Below, piece by piece: positions 26,411-35,911 of a stretch of DNA of 64,000 bases (its first letter is position 1; each line of letters begins with the position of its first letter). The DNA is from Candidatus Eiseniibacteriota bacterium. GTDB lineage: Bacteria > Eisenbacteria > RBG-16-71-46 > JABDJR01. A program made the position numbers and the translations under genes. Below the pieces are notes generated by a model. That model had not been told where the DNA came from, ran no database searches, and was given only the letters and a program-made list of their open reading frames with translations. The stretch is from assembly GCA_963783375.1 (NCBI GenBank), contig CAWANH010000028.1:1568001-1632000 (forward strand), in the 5' to 3' direction.

Positions 26411-27367
26411 GTGCGATTGACGAAACGGATGACGGTCGGGGCGGTCGGGTTGCTTCTTCTGGTTTCCGGCGGCTGCGCCTCGAAGGCGCTGACCCCGGGC
26501 GAGGGCACCATCCCGGTCACCGGGGGCAAGGTCTGGTACCGGATCGTGGGGACCGGGAAAGGCACGCCGCTTCTCGTCCTGCACGGAGGCCCGGGGGTTC
26601 CCAGCTACTATCTCAATCCGCTGGCCGCCCTCGGCGACGACCGGCCGGTGGTCTTCTACGACCAGCTCGGGTGCGGCCGCTCCGACCAGCCCGCCGACAC
26701 CAGCCTGTATACCGTGCAGGGTTACGTGGAGCGGTTGGGACAGGTACGTAAGGCCCTGGGCCTGGACAAGGTGGACATCTACGGGCATTCGTGGGGATCG
26801 ATGCTGGCGGTGGACTACATGCTGACCCAGCCCAAGGGGGTGGAGAAGCTCGTCCTGGCCGGCCCGGCCCTGAGCATACCCCGCTGGGTCCACGACGCGG
26901 ACAGCCTCCTCACCACCCTCCCCGACTCGCTCCAGGAGGCGATCCACCGGAACGAGGCGGCGGGGACCTTCGACTCCCCCGAGTACCAGAACGCGGTCGG
27001 CGCGTACTACGCTCAGTACCTGTGCCGGGTGCAGCCCTGGCCCGCCGACGTCGACAGCTCCTTCGCGCGGATGGGCGAGCTGGTCTACACCTACATGGAG
27101 GGGCCGAGCGAGTTCACCGTCACCGGGACCCTCAAGCACTACGATCGCACCCAGGACCTGGGGAGGCTCCATCTCCCGACGCTGTTCATCGTGGGGCAGT
27201 ACGACGAGGCCGTTCCCTCCACCGCGGAGTACTACCGGAGCCTGGTGCCGGGATCGAAACTGGTGGTGATCCCGGGGGCCGCCCACCTGGCCATGCAGGA
27301 CAAGCCCAAGGAATACGTGGAGGCGCTTCGGAGCTTCCTGGACAGAACCGACGCGGGGGCGAACTGA
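26411..27367 (+). CDS. Proline iminopeptidase-family alpha/beta hydrolase, lipoprotein
   Basis: LLVSGGC lipobox; HGGPG, YDQLGCGRS, GHSWG, GQYDE, AAH. Confidence 0.92.
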   Translation: MRLTKRMTVGAVGLLLLVSGGCASKALTPGEGTIPVTGGKVWYRIVGTGKGTPLLVLHGGPGVPSYYLNPLAALGDDRPVVFYDQLGCGRSDQPADTSLYTVQGYVERLGQVRKALGLDKVDIYGHSWGSMLAVDYMLTQPKGVEKLVLAGPALSIPRWVHDADSLLTTLPDSLQEAIHRNEAAGTFDSPEYQNAVGAYYAQYLCRVQPWPADVDSSFARMGELVYTYMEGPSEFTVTGTLKHYDRTQDLGRLHLPTLFIVGQYDEAVPSTAEYYRSLVPGSKLVVIPGAAHLAMQDKPKEYVEALRSFLDRTDAGAN

Positions 27368-27388
27368 CCGTCCGGGCGGGGAGGGACG

Positions 27389-27694
27389 ATGACGTCGGAG
27401 GAACTGGCGCACCGGCTGGCAGGAGGGGAAGTCGTTCGGCTCCCCGCCGCGGCTTGGGACGCGATCGCGGGATCTTTCGAGGAGGTCGAGCGTCACGACA
27501 CGAAGATCGCCGGCGACATCGTGATTCTGAGATTGGAGGCCGGGCTGGCCGCGGTGGAGGAACCGGCCGCGGGAGAGCGGGTGGTCCGCCGGCTGAGCGA
27601 CGGGGAGGCGGTCCGCCGCTTCATCGAGGGGCGGATGGAATCCTACGATCGCATGTGGGATGGGTGCGGATGCCGGATCGACTACGACGTTTGA
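27389..27694 (+). CDS. Small hypothetical protein ending in MWDGCGCRIDY
   Basis: GGAGG RBS; protein-like composition; stop overlaps the next start. Confidence 0.7.
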   Translation: MTSEELAHRLAGGEVVRLPAAAWDAIAGSFEEVERHDTKIAGDIVILRLEAGLAAVEEPAAGERVVRRLSDGEAVRRFIEGRMESYDRMWDGCGCRIDYDV

Positions 27695-28620
27695 AGCTGG
27701 CTTCCTCCCTGGGAACCGGTCTCCTTGTCCTGGGTCTGGGCGCGGGATGCGAATCGGACGCCGAGCGGGAGCGGTCCGGGAAGAAGGGGGCGGACTCCTC
27801 CCCGACGGCCGGCCTGGTCGATGTCGGAGGCCACCGGCTGGCGGTGCGCGCGCTGGGAAAGGGCTCCCCGACGGTGGTCATCGATTCCGGGCTCGGGGAG
27901 ACCTGGGAGGGGTGGCAATCCCTGGCCGAGAGGATCTCCGCGCGGGCCACGGTATGTCTCTACAACCGGGCCGCCTACGGCCGGAGCGAGCCGGGGCCAT
28001 TTCCCCGCACCGCGTCCCGCGAGGCGGCGGAGCTCCATGCACTGCTGCAGAGGTCCGGACTCCGGCCGCCCTTCATCCTGGTGGGGCACTCCCTGGGTGG
28101 GCTGAACGCGCTGGTTTTCGCCCGGAGCAACCCGGAGATGGTAGGGGGAATGGTTCTCCTCGACCCGCCCCCCAGGGAATTCATGGCCGGCCGCCGGTTC
28201 CAGGAGCTCAGGGCGATGGCCGAGGGGAAGACCCTCGTGTTCCAGCGTAGGGCCGCGCAGGAGCGCGACGCCGGGGAGTCGGCGGCCGCCGCATTCCTCG
28301 CGACCCTGGCCTCCGAGCACGAGATGTTCCTCGCCCAGGGCGCCTCGGAGATCGAGCAGATCGCCGCTGGGCAGCCTGCCCCTGGCCGTACTGGCGTCGG
28401 GAAAGCCCAACCCCGAGTTCGGGGATTCCGCCGCCGCCTTCGAGGCGTTCTGGATCGAGTCGAACCGGGCCCTGTCCAGGCTCTCCACCCGGGGCGGCTC
28501 CGGCTCGCGCCGGAGCACCCCGCCCTCCACCGGGACGAGCCGGCGGTGGTGCTGGAGACCATCCTCGATGTGGTCGACGAGGTTCGCCGGGACGGCGTGG
28601 ATCCGGCCGGCCCCCGCTAG
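27691..28620 (+). CDS. Alpha/beta hydrolase lipoprotein; two compensating frameshifts at about 28365 and 28495
   Basis: LGAGC lipobox; YNRAAYGRS, VGHSLGG, GMVLLD; the alternate frame gives LGSLPLAVLASG...FWIESNRALSRLS. Confidence 0.8.
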   Translation: MKLASSLGTGLLVLGLGAGCESDAERERSGKKGADSSPTAGLVDVGGHRLAVRALGKGSPTVVIDSGLGETWEGWQSLAERISARATVCLYNRAAYGRSEPGPFPRTASREAAELHALLQRSGLRPPFILVGHSLGGLNALVFARSNPEMVGGMVLLDPPPREFMAGRRFQELRAMAEGKTLVFQRRAAQERDAGESAAAAFLATLASEHEMFLAQGASEIEQIAAGQPAPGRTGVGKAQPRVRGFRRRLRGVLDRVEPGPVQALHPGRLRLAPEHPALHRDEPAVVLETILDVVDEVRRDGVDPAGPR

Positions 28621-28631
28621 GAGCGCTCTCC

Positions 28632-29400
28632 ATGGCCCGAATCGTTCTCATCCACTGGCAAGCCGGGGAAGGCGGGGAACGCGCGGTGCCGTTGCGGAGC
28701 GCGGGACATCGCGTCGACTGCCACACCGATCCCTCCGGGCCGTCTTTCCGGGCCTATCGCGCGAACCCCCCCGATATGTTCGTGATCGATCTCGACCGGC
28801 TTCCCTCCCAGGGCCGCGCGATCGGCGTGGCGCTTCGGCAGGGAAAGGATACCGGCGCATTCCCCTGGTGTTCGTCGCGGGGATCCGGAGAAGACGGAGC
28901 GGGTGCGCGGCCTCCTTCCCGACGCGGCCTACACCGACTGGAGGCGCGCGCGGGGCGCGGTCACCGACGCGCTCCGGCGTCGGCCGCGGGAAACCCTCGG
29001 TCCCCGGGACCATGGACGAGTACGCCGGCACCCCGCTTCCCCGGAAGCTCGGGATCCCGGCGGATGGCCCGGTCGCCTTCGCCGGGGCGCCCCCCGGGTT
29101 CGGACGGTCCTGGGGACTTTCCCCGCCTCCGCGCGCCTCAAGCACGGCCTCCGGGGCGGCGCCGAGGTGATCCTCCTCTTCGCCCGCCCCCGGGCGGAGC
29201 TCCGCCGCCGGTTCCCGGCCGCGGCCCGGGCCCTGAGCGACCGCGGCAAGCTCTGGATCGCTGGCCCAAGAAGAGTTCCCGCCCCGCCGGTGACTGTCGC
29301 AAACCGAGGTCCGGGCCCACGGCCTCACCCACGGGTTCGTGGACTTCAAGATCGCGGCGGTGGACGCGGCGTGGTCCGCCCTCTGTTTCAGCCGCCGTTC
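28632..29400 (+). CDS. Receiver-like domain plus DUF3052-like domain, multiple frameshifts; 3' end approximate
   Basis: PPDMFVIDLDRLPSQG, PLVFV, YAGTPLPRKLGI, LWIAWPKKSS and VDFKIAAVDAAWSAL occur in successive frames. Confidence 0.7.
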
Positions 29401-29658
29401 CCCATGCTGGCGCCCGCGACCTCCGAACCGAATCTCCCGGGACTCGGTCCGGGGCGGCCCCGGCGACCGGATCCGCGCCTTGTACCAGGGGCCGGCGAAG
29501 GGGCCCGCCGGACCCGCGCGACAGGACTCCAGATCCACGCCTACCGACGCGCGTACCGACGCGGAAGCGGATCGTGATAGACTCGCGCCTCGGGCCCGTC
29601 CGGCCCGGCGACGCGCCGCCGCCGGCGGAGGCCGGCTCCCCGAACCGCGAAGAAATCC

Positions 29659-29916
29659 ATGCACTTGAACCTCTGGACCGTGGCCCTCCTGGTCTTTCTG
29701 GTGAACCTCCCCTTCGGCTACTGGCGGGCGGGGGTGCTGAAGTTCTCCCGCCCGTGGTTCCTGGCCGTGCACCTCCCGGTGCCGCTGGTGATCGCCCTCC
29801 GCCTGGTCTCCGGGCTCGGCTTCCAGCTCGCCACCTTTCCGGTCATGGTGGGGGCCTTCTTCGCCGGGCAACTGGTGGGGGGGCGGCTCCGGGTCTGGCG
29901 GAGGGCTCGTGCGTAG
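29659..29916 (+). CDS. Small membrane protein
   Basis: Hydrophobic; NLPFGYWR...WFLAVHLPVP motif. Confidence 0.75.
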   Translation: MHLNLWTVALLVFLVNLPFGYWRAGVLKFSRPWFLAVHLPVPLVIALRLVSGLGFQLATFPVMVGAFFAGQLVGGRLRVWRRARA

Positions 29917-29976
29917 GGGGGCGCGCGTGCCCCGAGGCCTCGGAGGGGGGACACCGGGACGCGGGCGGAGCGCCGC

Positions 29977-30556
29977 GTGAACCGGGTGTGCGTGTTCGCC
30001 GGGTCCGCCGCGGGCCGCCGCGCGTCGTACGCCCGGGCCGCGGAGGCGCTGGGCGAGGCGCTCCTCGAGCGCGGGATCGGGCTGGTGTTCGGAGGCGGGC
30101 GGGTCGGCCTCATGGGGGTCCTGGCCGACCGGATGCTGGCCGGCGGGGGAGAGGTGATCGGGGTGATCCCCGACGCGCTCATGCAGCGCGAGGTCGGCCA
30201 TCGCGGGGTGACCGAACTCCGGGTGGTGGACTCCATGCACGAGCGGAAGGCGACCATGGCCGAACTTGCCGACGGGTTCATCGCCCTACCCGGTGGGAGC
30301 GGCACCCTCGAGGAGCTGTTCGAGGTCTTCACCTGGGCGGTGCTCGGCATTCACGGGAAGCCCTTCGGGCTCATGAACGTCGATGGGTACTACGATCCCC
30401 TGGTGGCGTTCCTGAACCACGCGGTGGAGGAGGGGTTCCTCAGGCCGCAACCGGTCCATGCTCTTCGTGGGAACCGATCCCGCCGACCTCCTGGATCGTT
30501 TCAAGGGCTACCGCCCGCCGGAGACGGTCAAGTGGACCGAACGACCCGGGATTTGA
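29977..30556 (+). CDS. LOG family protein (TIGR00730-like), frameshift near 30447
   Basis: [32 protein letters not shown]; likely C-terminus [16 protein letters not shown]...VKW* in another frame. Confidence 0.88.
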
Positions 30557-30594
30557 CGCGCCGGTCCGAGGGCGGTGGAAAACTCTCTCGACGC

Positions 30595-30876
30595 ATGCTG
30601 ACCCTCGCTCTCATCATCGCCCTCGCCGTCTATCTCTGGTGGCGCCTCCACGGAGGGAACCGGGCCAGCCTGCGGTTCGTGGAGGGAAAGCTCGCCGCGG
30701 AACGGGGAAAGATGGCCGACGGCGAGCGGCGGGCGATCCTCGACGTGGCCGAGTTGTGGAAGGTCACCGGGCGGGTGACGATACGGCACGGGGGCGGGTT
30801 GGTGTTCTCCCGCTCGGTGAAGGGCGCCGACCGCCAGCGGTTCCGGAACGCGTTCCTGACCACCCAGATGCAATGA
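30595..30876 (+). CDS. DUF3634-like small membrane-anchored protein
   Basis: N-terminal [10 protein letters not shown]...G.VTI...LVFSRSV...QRFRN. Confidence 0.65.
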   Translation: MLTLALIIALAVYLWWRLHGGNRASLRFVEGKLAAERGKMADGERRAILDVAELWKVTGRVTIRHGGGLVFSRSVKGADRQRFRNAFLTTQMQ

Positions 30877-30915
30877 ACCTGACGGCGCGCCGCCGGGGAG
30901 GAAGGTAGGACCACG

Positions 30916-31419
30916 ATGAACGACGGACCCCCGGGCGGGTTCATGATTCGCCCCGCCGCCATGGAGGATGTTCCCACGATCCTGGCCATGATCCGCGGCC
31001 TGGCCGCCTACGAGGAGTTGGCCCACCAGGTCGAGGCGAACGAGGACGACCTCCGGCGGACGTTGTTCGGGGAGCGCTCCGCCGCCGAGGCGCTCCTGGG
31101 CTTCGAGGACGGTGTCGCGGTGGGTCTGGCCGTCTACTTCCACAGCTATTCGACGTTTCTCGGGCGGCGCGGGCTCTATCTGGAGGATCTCTTCGTCCTG
31201 CCCGAGCACCGTGGCCGGGGGTACGGAAAGGCCTTCCTCCGGCGACTGGCCGCCATCGCCCGCGAGCGCGGCTGCACGCGGATGGAGTGGGCGGTCCTCG
31301 ACTGGAACCGGCCGGCCATCGAATTCTACGAGGCCCTCGGCGCCCGGCCTCTCGACGAGTGGACGACCTTCCGGATGACCGGAGACGCCATCGACGCGTT
31401 GGCCGGGCCCAAGCAGTGA
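30916..31419 (+). CDS. GNAT acetyltransferase (diamine acetyltransferase-like)
   Basis: LAAYEE, YSTFLG, LYLEDLFV..EHRGRGYG, VLDWNRPAIEFY. Confidence 0.92.
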   Translation: MNDGPPGGFMIRPAAMEDVPTILAMIRGLAAYEELAHQVEANEDDLRRTLFGERSAAEALLGFEDGVAVGLAVYFHSYSTFLGRRGLYLEDLFVLPEHRGRGYGKAFLRRLAAIARERGCTRMEWAVLDWNRPAIEFYEALGARPLDEWTTFRMTGDAIDALAGPKQ

Positions 31420-31483
31420 CCGGGCGGCTCCCGGCCGGCGAGGCGACCGGACCGGCGAACGCGCCCCAACCATGGAGGAGCGG

Positions 31484-31975
31484 ATGACTGAATCGAACCA
31501 GCCGGACCACCGGGCGGTGCGCGGGATCGGCGGGGTGTTTCTCTACTCCGAGGATCCCCAGGCGTTGGCGGCCTGGTACACCCGGTATCTGGGAATCGAG
31601 ATGGAGTGGGGAGGGCCGGAGAACTGCGGGGCCTCGTACTCCATCCGGGACGAGGACGCCCTCGACGTGAAGGCCGAGTTCGTATGGGCGATCCTCGCCG
31701 CCAAGAAGCCCCTTCCCGCCGAGCGCACCCAGTGCGTGATCAACTACCGGGTCGCGGACCTGGACCGGCTGGTGGCCCAGCTGCGATCGGCGGGGGTGGT
31801 GATCGAGCGCACCGAGGAGGGGGAGTACGGGCGCTTCGCCTGGATTTCCGACCCCGAGGCGAACCGGATCGAGCTCTGGGAGCCCCCCCGGGGCGCTGAA
31901 CCGGGCCGGGCCCCGGCCTCGCCGTCCGGGGCGCGCCCCCGGCGAGCCGGCCGGTTGCCGCAAGGAAACCGGTAA
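31484..31975 (+). CDS. VOC/glyoxalase family protein
   Basis: GIGGVF...WY, INYRVADL, YGRFAWISDPEANRIELWEP. Confidence 0.88.
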   Translation: MTESNQPDHRAVRGIGGVFLYSEDPQALAAWYTRYLGIEMEWGGPENCGASYSIRDEDALDVKAEFVWAILAAKKPLPAERTQCVINYRVADLDRLVAQLRSAGVVIERTEEGEYGRFAWISDPEANRIELWEPPRGAEPGRAPASPSGARPRRAGRLPQGNR

Positions 31976-32138
31976 ACCGAAACCCCCCTTCCCCCATGGT
32001 GAGCCCGCCGCGTTCGGGGTTATGATCGAACCCGTCTTGACGCTCACCTAGAGGCGCGGCCGGGAGGCGGCATCCGGGTTTCCGGCGGATCGACCGGGCC
32101 GGAACCGGTCCCGGGCCGGACCGCCGGAGGGGAATGTG

Positions 32139-32897
32139 ATGGGATCGATCGCGCTCATTACCGGGGCCACCGCGGGATTCGGGGAAGCCTGCGCCCGCCG
32201 CTTCGCCGGCGCCGGATGGAAGCTGGTGCTCACCGGGCGGCGGGTGGGGCGCCTGAAGGCGCTCCAGGAGGAGCTGGGGAAGCAGACCGCCGTGCACGTG
32301 GAGGCGTTCGACGTCCGGGACCGCCGCGAGACGGAGTCCCGCCTCGCCACCCTTCCCGCCGAATTCCGGGACGTCGATCTCCTGGTCAACAACGCCGGGC
32401 TCGCCCTGGGCCTGGAGCCCGCCCACCGGGCCGATCTCGACGACTGGGAGACCATGGTGGACACCAACATCCGGGGGCTCATGGTGGTGACCCGGGCTCT
32501 CCTCCCCGGGATGGTGGAGCGGGGGCGCGGCCACGTGGTGAATCTCGGCTCCGCCGCCGCGAACTGGCCCTATCCGGGAGGGAACGTGTACGGGGCCACC
32601 AAGGCCTTCGTGGCCCAGTTCTCGAGGAACCTCCGGGCGGACCTTCTCGGGACCGGGGTGCGGGTGACCGACGTCCAGCCCGGCCTGGCCGAGACCGAGT
32701 TCTCGGTGGTGCGATTCAAGGGGGACGCAGGGAAGGCGGCGAAGGTCTACGAGGGGACGAATCCCCTGACCGCCGCGGACATCGCAGAGATCGTGTTCTG
32801 GGTGGCCACCCTCCCTCCGCACGTCAACGTCAACGCGCTCGAGGTGATGCCGGTCCGGCAGACCTGGGGCCCATTCGCCATCCATCGCGAACCCTGA
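32139..32897 (+). CDS. Short-chain dehydrogenase (YdfG-like)
   Basis: TGATAGFG, NNAGLALG, YGATK, PGLAETEFS.VRF. Confidence 0.93.
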   Translation: MGSIALITGATAGFGEACARRFAGAGWKLVLTGRRVGRLKALQEELGKQTAVHVEAFDVRDRRETESRLATLPAEFRDVDLLVNNAGLALGLEPAHRADLDDWETMVDTNIRGLMVVTRALLPGMVERGRGHVVNLGSAAANWPYPGGNVYGATKAFVAQFSRNLRADLLGTGVRVTDVQPGLAETEFSVVRFKGDAGKAAKVYEGTNPLTAADIAEIVFWVATLPPHVNVNALEVMPVRQTWGPFAIHREP

Positions 32898-32918
32898 GGG
32901 AAAGCTCTGGAGGAACCC

Positions 32919-34061
32919 ATGGACTGCGTCCACGGAAACACGATCTATACCGGGACCTCGGTGGTGAAGAACGCCTACCTGCTCTTCGAGGGCCGGAAGC
33001 TGGCCGGGGTGGCCAAGGCGAAGAAGGGGACCGTGCGCGGGGAGTTCGAGACGGTGACCCCGGCCTTCGTGGATCCCCACAGCCACATCGGCATGCACCG
33101 CGCGGGCGAGCCCGAATCCGAAGGGGAATCGAACGAGCACATGGAGGCGCTGCTCGCCCTGCCCGATGCTCTCGACTCGATCCAGATGGACGACGCGGCG
33201 TTCCAGGACGCGGTGGAGATGGGGGCGCTCTATTCCTGCGCGCTCCCGGGAAGCGGCAACATCATCGGCGGGCTGACCGCGGTGGTCCGGAACTACGCGA
33301 AGAACAGCACCGACGCCCTGGTGGCCCGGGCCGGGGTGAAGGCGGCCTTCGGTTACAACCCGATGTCCACCGTGGAGTGGAAGGGGAAGCGTCCGAGCAC
33401 CCGCATGGGCGCCCTGGCCCTCCTCCGCGGGAAGCTCATCGACGTCCAGAACAAGCTGGAGAAGCGGGCGCGGGCGCGCGCGGACAAGAAGCTGGAGCTG
33501 GCCCTGACCGCCGAGGAGGTGGTCCTGGTCGATCTGCTCGCGCGGAAGCAGGTCCTGCGGACCCACGTCCACAAGATCGACGACATCGCGGCGCTGCTCC
33601 GGATCGTGGACGAGTTCAAGCTCCGGATCACCGTCGAGCACTCCATGGACGTGCACCAGCCCGAGATCTACCGGGAGCTCGCCCGGCGGAAGATCCCGGT
33701 CACCTACGGCCCCATCGACGCCTTCGCCTACAAGGTGGAGCTCAAGCACGAGAACTGGCGGAACGTGAAGCACCTGATCGACGCGGGCGGCGCCTTCGGC
33801 CTCATGACCGACCATCCGGTGACCCCGGCCCGCCAGCTCTTCCTCCAGACCCGCTGGTTCACCCGTCACGGCTACACCAAGCAGCAGGCGGTGGAGCTGG
33901 TCACCCGGCGGAACGCGGAGCTTCTGGGCCTGGGGAAGATCCTCGGCACCCTGGACAAGGGCAAGTGGGCCTCGTTCGTGGGGTGGAACGGCGATCCCTT
34001 CGACTTCACCGCGTATCCCACCGCGGTGTACGGCGAGGGAACGCTCGTCTTCGGGGAGTAG
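32919..34061 (+). CDS. Amidohydrolase family protein
   Basis: DPHSHIG, PGSGNIIGG, KAAFGYNP, HVH, EH, TDHP, GTLDKGK. Confidence 0.9.
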   Translation: MDCVHGNTIYTGTSVVKNAYLLFEGRKLAGVAKAKKGTVRGEFETVTPAFVDPHSHIGMHRAGEPESEGESNEHMEALLALPDALDSIQMDDAAFQDAVEMGALYSCALPGSGNIIGGLTAVVRNYAKNSTDALVARAGVKAAFGYNPMSTVEWKGKRPSTRMGALALLRGKLIDVQNKLEKRARARADKKLELALTAEEVVLVDLLARKQVLRTHVHKIDDIAALLRIVDEFKLRITVEHSMDVHQPEIYRELARRKIPVTYGPIDAFAYKVELKHENWRNVKHLIDAGGAFGLMTDHPVTPARQLFLQTRWFTRHGYTKQQAVELVTRRNAELLGLGKILGTLDKGKWASFVGWNGDPFDFTAYPTAVYGEGTLVFGE

Positions 34062-34166
34062 CGACGCGGTCACCGCGGCCCGGAGGCTCAGGCCCGAGAT
34101 CCCCGAGCGCGGCGTGGGCGGCGTCCCGATCGCCGACGAGATCGAACTGGAGATGCTTCTGGATGA

Positions 34167-34859
34167 GTGAGAGCGCTTCGGCGGGCTCCTCCCGTGACCC
34201 CGCTGTCCCCCGGGCGCGCCCGCGCGATCTACGATCGCATCGGCTCCCGCCAGGACACCCAGGTCTTCTACGAGAACCCGGCCGTCCGGCTCCTGCTGCG
34301 GCACGGCGATTTCGAGCATGCCCGCCGGATCTTCGAGTTCGGCTGCGGCACCGGGCGGGTGGCGGCGGAGGTGCTCTCCCGGGCGCCCGGCGCGTCCTAT
34401 CGAGGCCTCGATCTGAGCCCCCGCATGGTGGCGCTGGCCCGAACGCGGCTGGAACGGTTCGGCGCGGCCGCCGAGGTGGACGTGAGCGAAGGGGGCCCGC
34501 CGGCCGGGGAGCCCGCCGCCTCCTGCGATCGCTTCCTCTCGACCTACGTCCTCGACCTCCTGTCCGAGGAGGAGATCGGGTCGACGATCGCCGCGGCTCA
34601 CCGCGTGCTCGAACCCGGGGGGCGGCTCTGCGTCTGCTCCCTCACCCACGGGATCACTCCGGTCTCCCGGTTGGTCGTCGGGATCTGGGAGCGGGTGTAC
34701 GCCCACCGTCCGGCCTGGGTCGGCGGTTGCCGCCCGCTGGAGCTGGCGGGGTTCCTGGACCGGGAAGACTGGCGGATCCTGGTCGACGAGAAGGTCTCGG
34801 CCTGGGGAGTGCCGTCGGAGGTCCTGGTGGCGGCTAGAACCGAAACCGTTTCACCGTGA
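34167..34859 (+). CDS. Class I SAM-dependent methyltransferase
   Basis: FEFGCGTG, GLDLSPRM, YVLDLL, GGCRP. Confidence 0.85.
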   Translation: MRALRRAPPVTPLSPGRARAIYDRIGSRQDTQVFYENPAVRLLLRHGDFEHARRIFEFGCGTGRVAAEVLSRAPGASYRGLDLSPRMVALARTRLERFGAAAEVDVSEGGPPAGEPAASCDRFLSTYVLDLLSEEEIGSTIAAAHRVLEPGGRLCVCSLTHGITPVSRLVVGIWERVYAHRPAWVGGCRPLELAGFLDREDWRILVDEKVSAWGVPSEVLVAARTETVSP

Positions 34860-35699
34860 CCGTGCCCTGGTCCAGGACGTAGGCGTCCCCCGCCGGCCCG
34901 TAGGCGATCCCCACCGGGGTATGGAACGCGGGGAGGCTCTCGGGGCCGCGGCGCCAGGCCCCGGGGGAGGGGATCTCCAGCGCGCCGAACTGGAGAGCCG
35001 TGGGAGGCGGGATCGGGGCGCCCAGCCCGCGGGACCAGCCGCTCACCAGGGCGCCCTCGCCGATGAAGCAGAGCACGGAGCTCGACCCGGGATCGGTGAC
35101 CATGACGTAGCCTCGGGGATCGACGGCCACCGCGTAGGGCCAGAACCCACCCGCCTCCGGGGGAGGCGCGACCTCCCACCCCCCCACGAACACGCCTTCG
35201 GTGGTGAACCGCTGGACCCGGCCGTTTCCCGGGTCGGTCACGTAGACGAAGCCTCGGGGGTCGATCGCGATGCCCATGGGGCAGCGAAACCGCCCGGGAC
35301 CGGCTCCGAAGCCCCCCCACGACGTCAGGAACCGCCCCCCGGCGGTGAACTTCTGCACCCGGTGATTCAGCTCGTCCACCACGTACACCGCCCCCGCCGA
35401 ATCCACCGCGATCCCGGTGGGCTTCAGGAACCGTCCGGGGCGATCCCTTACGAGCCCCACTCCCGGACCAGGGCCGGCGGGGTGAGGGGGAGGGGGCCGG
35501 CGGTGGACGTCGCGGCCCCGGAGATCACCGCCCCGCCGGCGGCCTGGATGTCCGCCGCACCCAAGGCTCCGCTGTCCGCCGGGGTCAAGACCGCGCTGGC
35601 CCCCCGGGGAAGGAGGAGGGCGGCCAGAAACCCCAGCAGGTGGAGGAGGCCGAGGGGGCGGCGGGCGGAGCCATGACCGGAGAGGCGGGTATCGCTCAT
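34834..35699 (-). pseudogene. Secreted NHL-repeat protein interrupted at about 35440-35450
   Basis: Signal-like N-terminus, LVREWGS then TAA stop; NHL repeats (PTGIAVD..VYVVD..NHRVQKF) resume in another frame. Confidence 0.75.
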
Positions 35700-35779
35700 G
35701 GAAGTTCTCCACGGATGGAAGTCGAAGCGCCGTAAGCAAGTATGACACACCGAGGGCGGGCGGGAAGCAGGGGGCCCGA

Positions 35780-35808
35780 TTGCGGCCCCCCCTTTCCCGT
35801 GCTATCCT
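35780..35808 (+). promoter_or_regulatory. Sigma70 extended -10 promoter of the glycan locus
   Basis: TTGCGG-17 bp-TATCCT with TG at 35800-35801. Confidence 0.5.
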
Positions 35809-35911
35809 CTTACGCCTCAATTCTCTAGGTGTAAGCATGACGCGATGCCCGCCCTCGGCGGGATGGCGACCGGGGCGCCCGGACAACCCCCGTGGAGGAC
35901 CACGTCCCCCC

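Noticed and set aside
29977-30876. LOG protein fused to a membrane domain (299-aa ORF)
   Set aside because: A frameshift near 30447 explains it; the LOG C-terminus stops at 30556 and a separate gene starts at 30595
31740-34837. Very long overlapping or antisense ORFs (also 5824-8058, 37769-40453, 45896-49018, 46561-49578, 55205-57961)
   Set aside because: Shadow ORFs expected at high GC; they overlap well-supported genes and lack motifs
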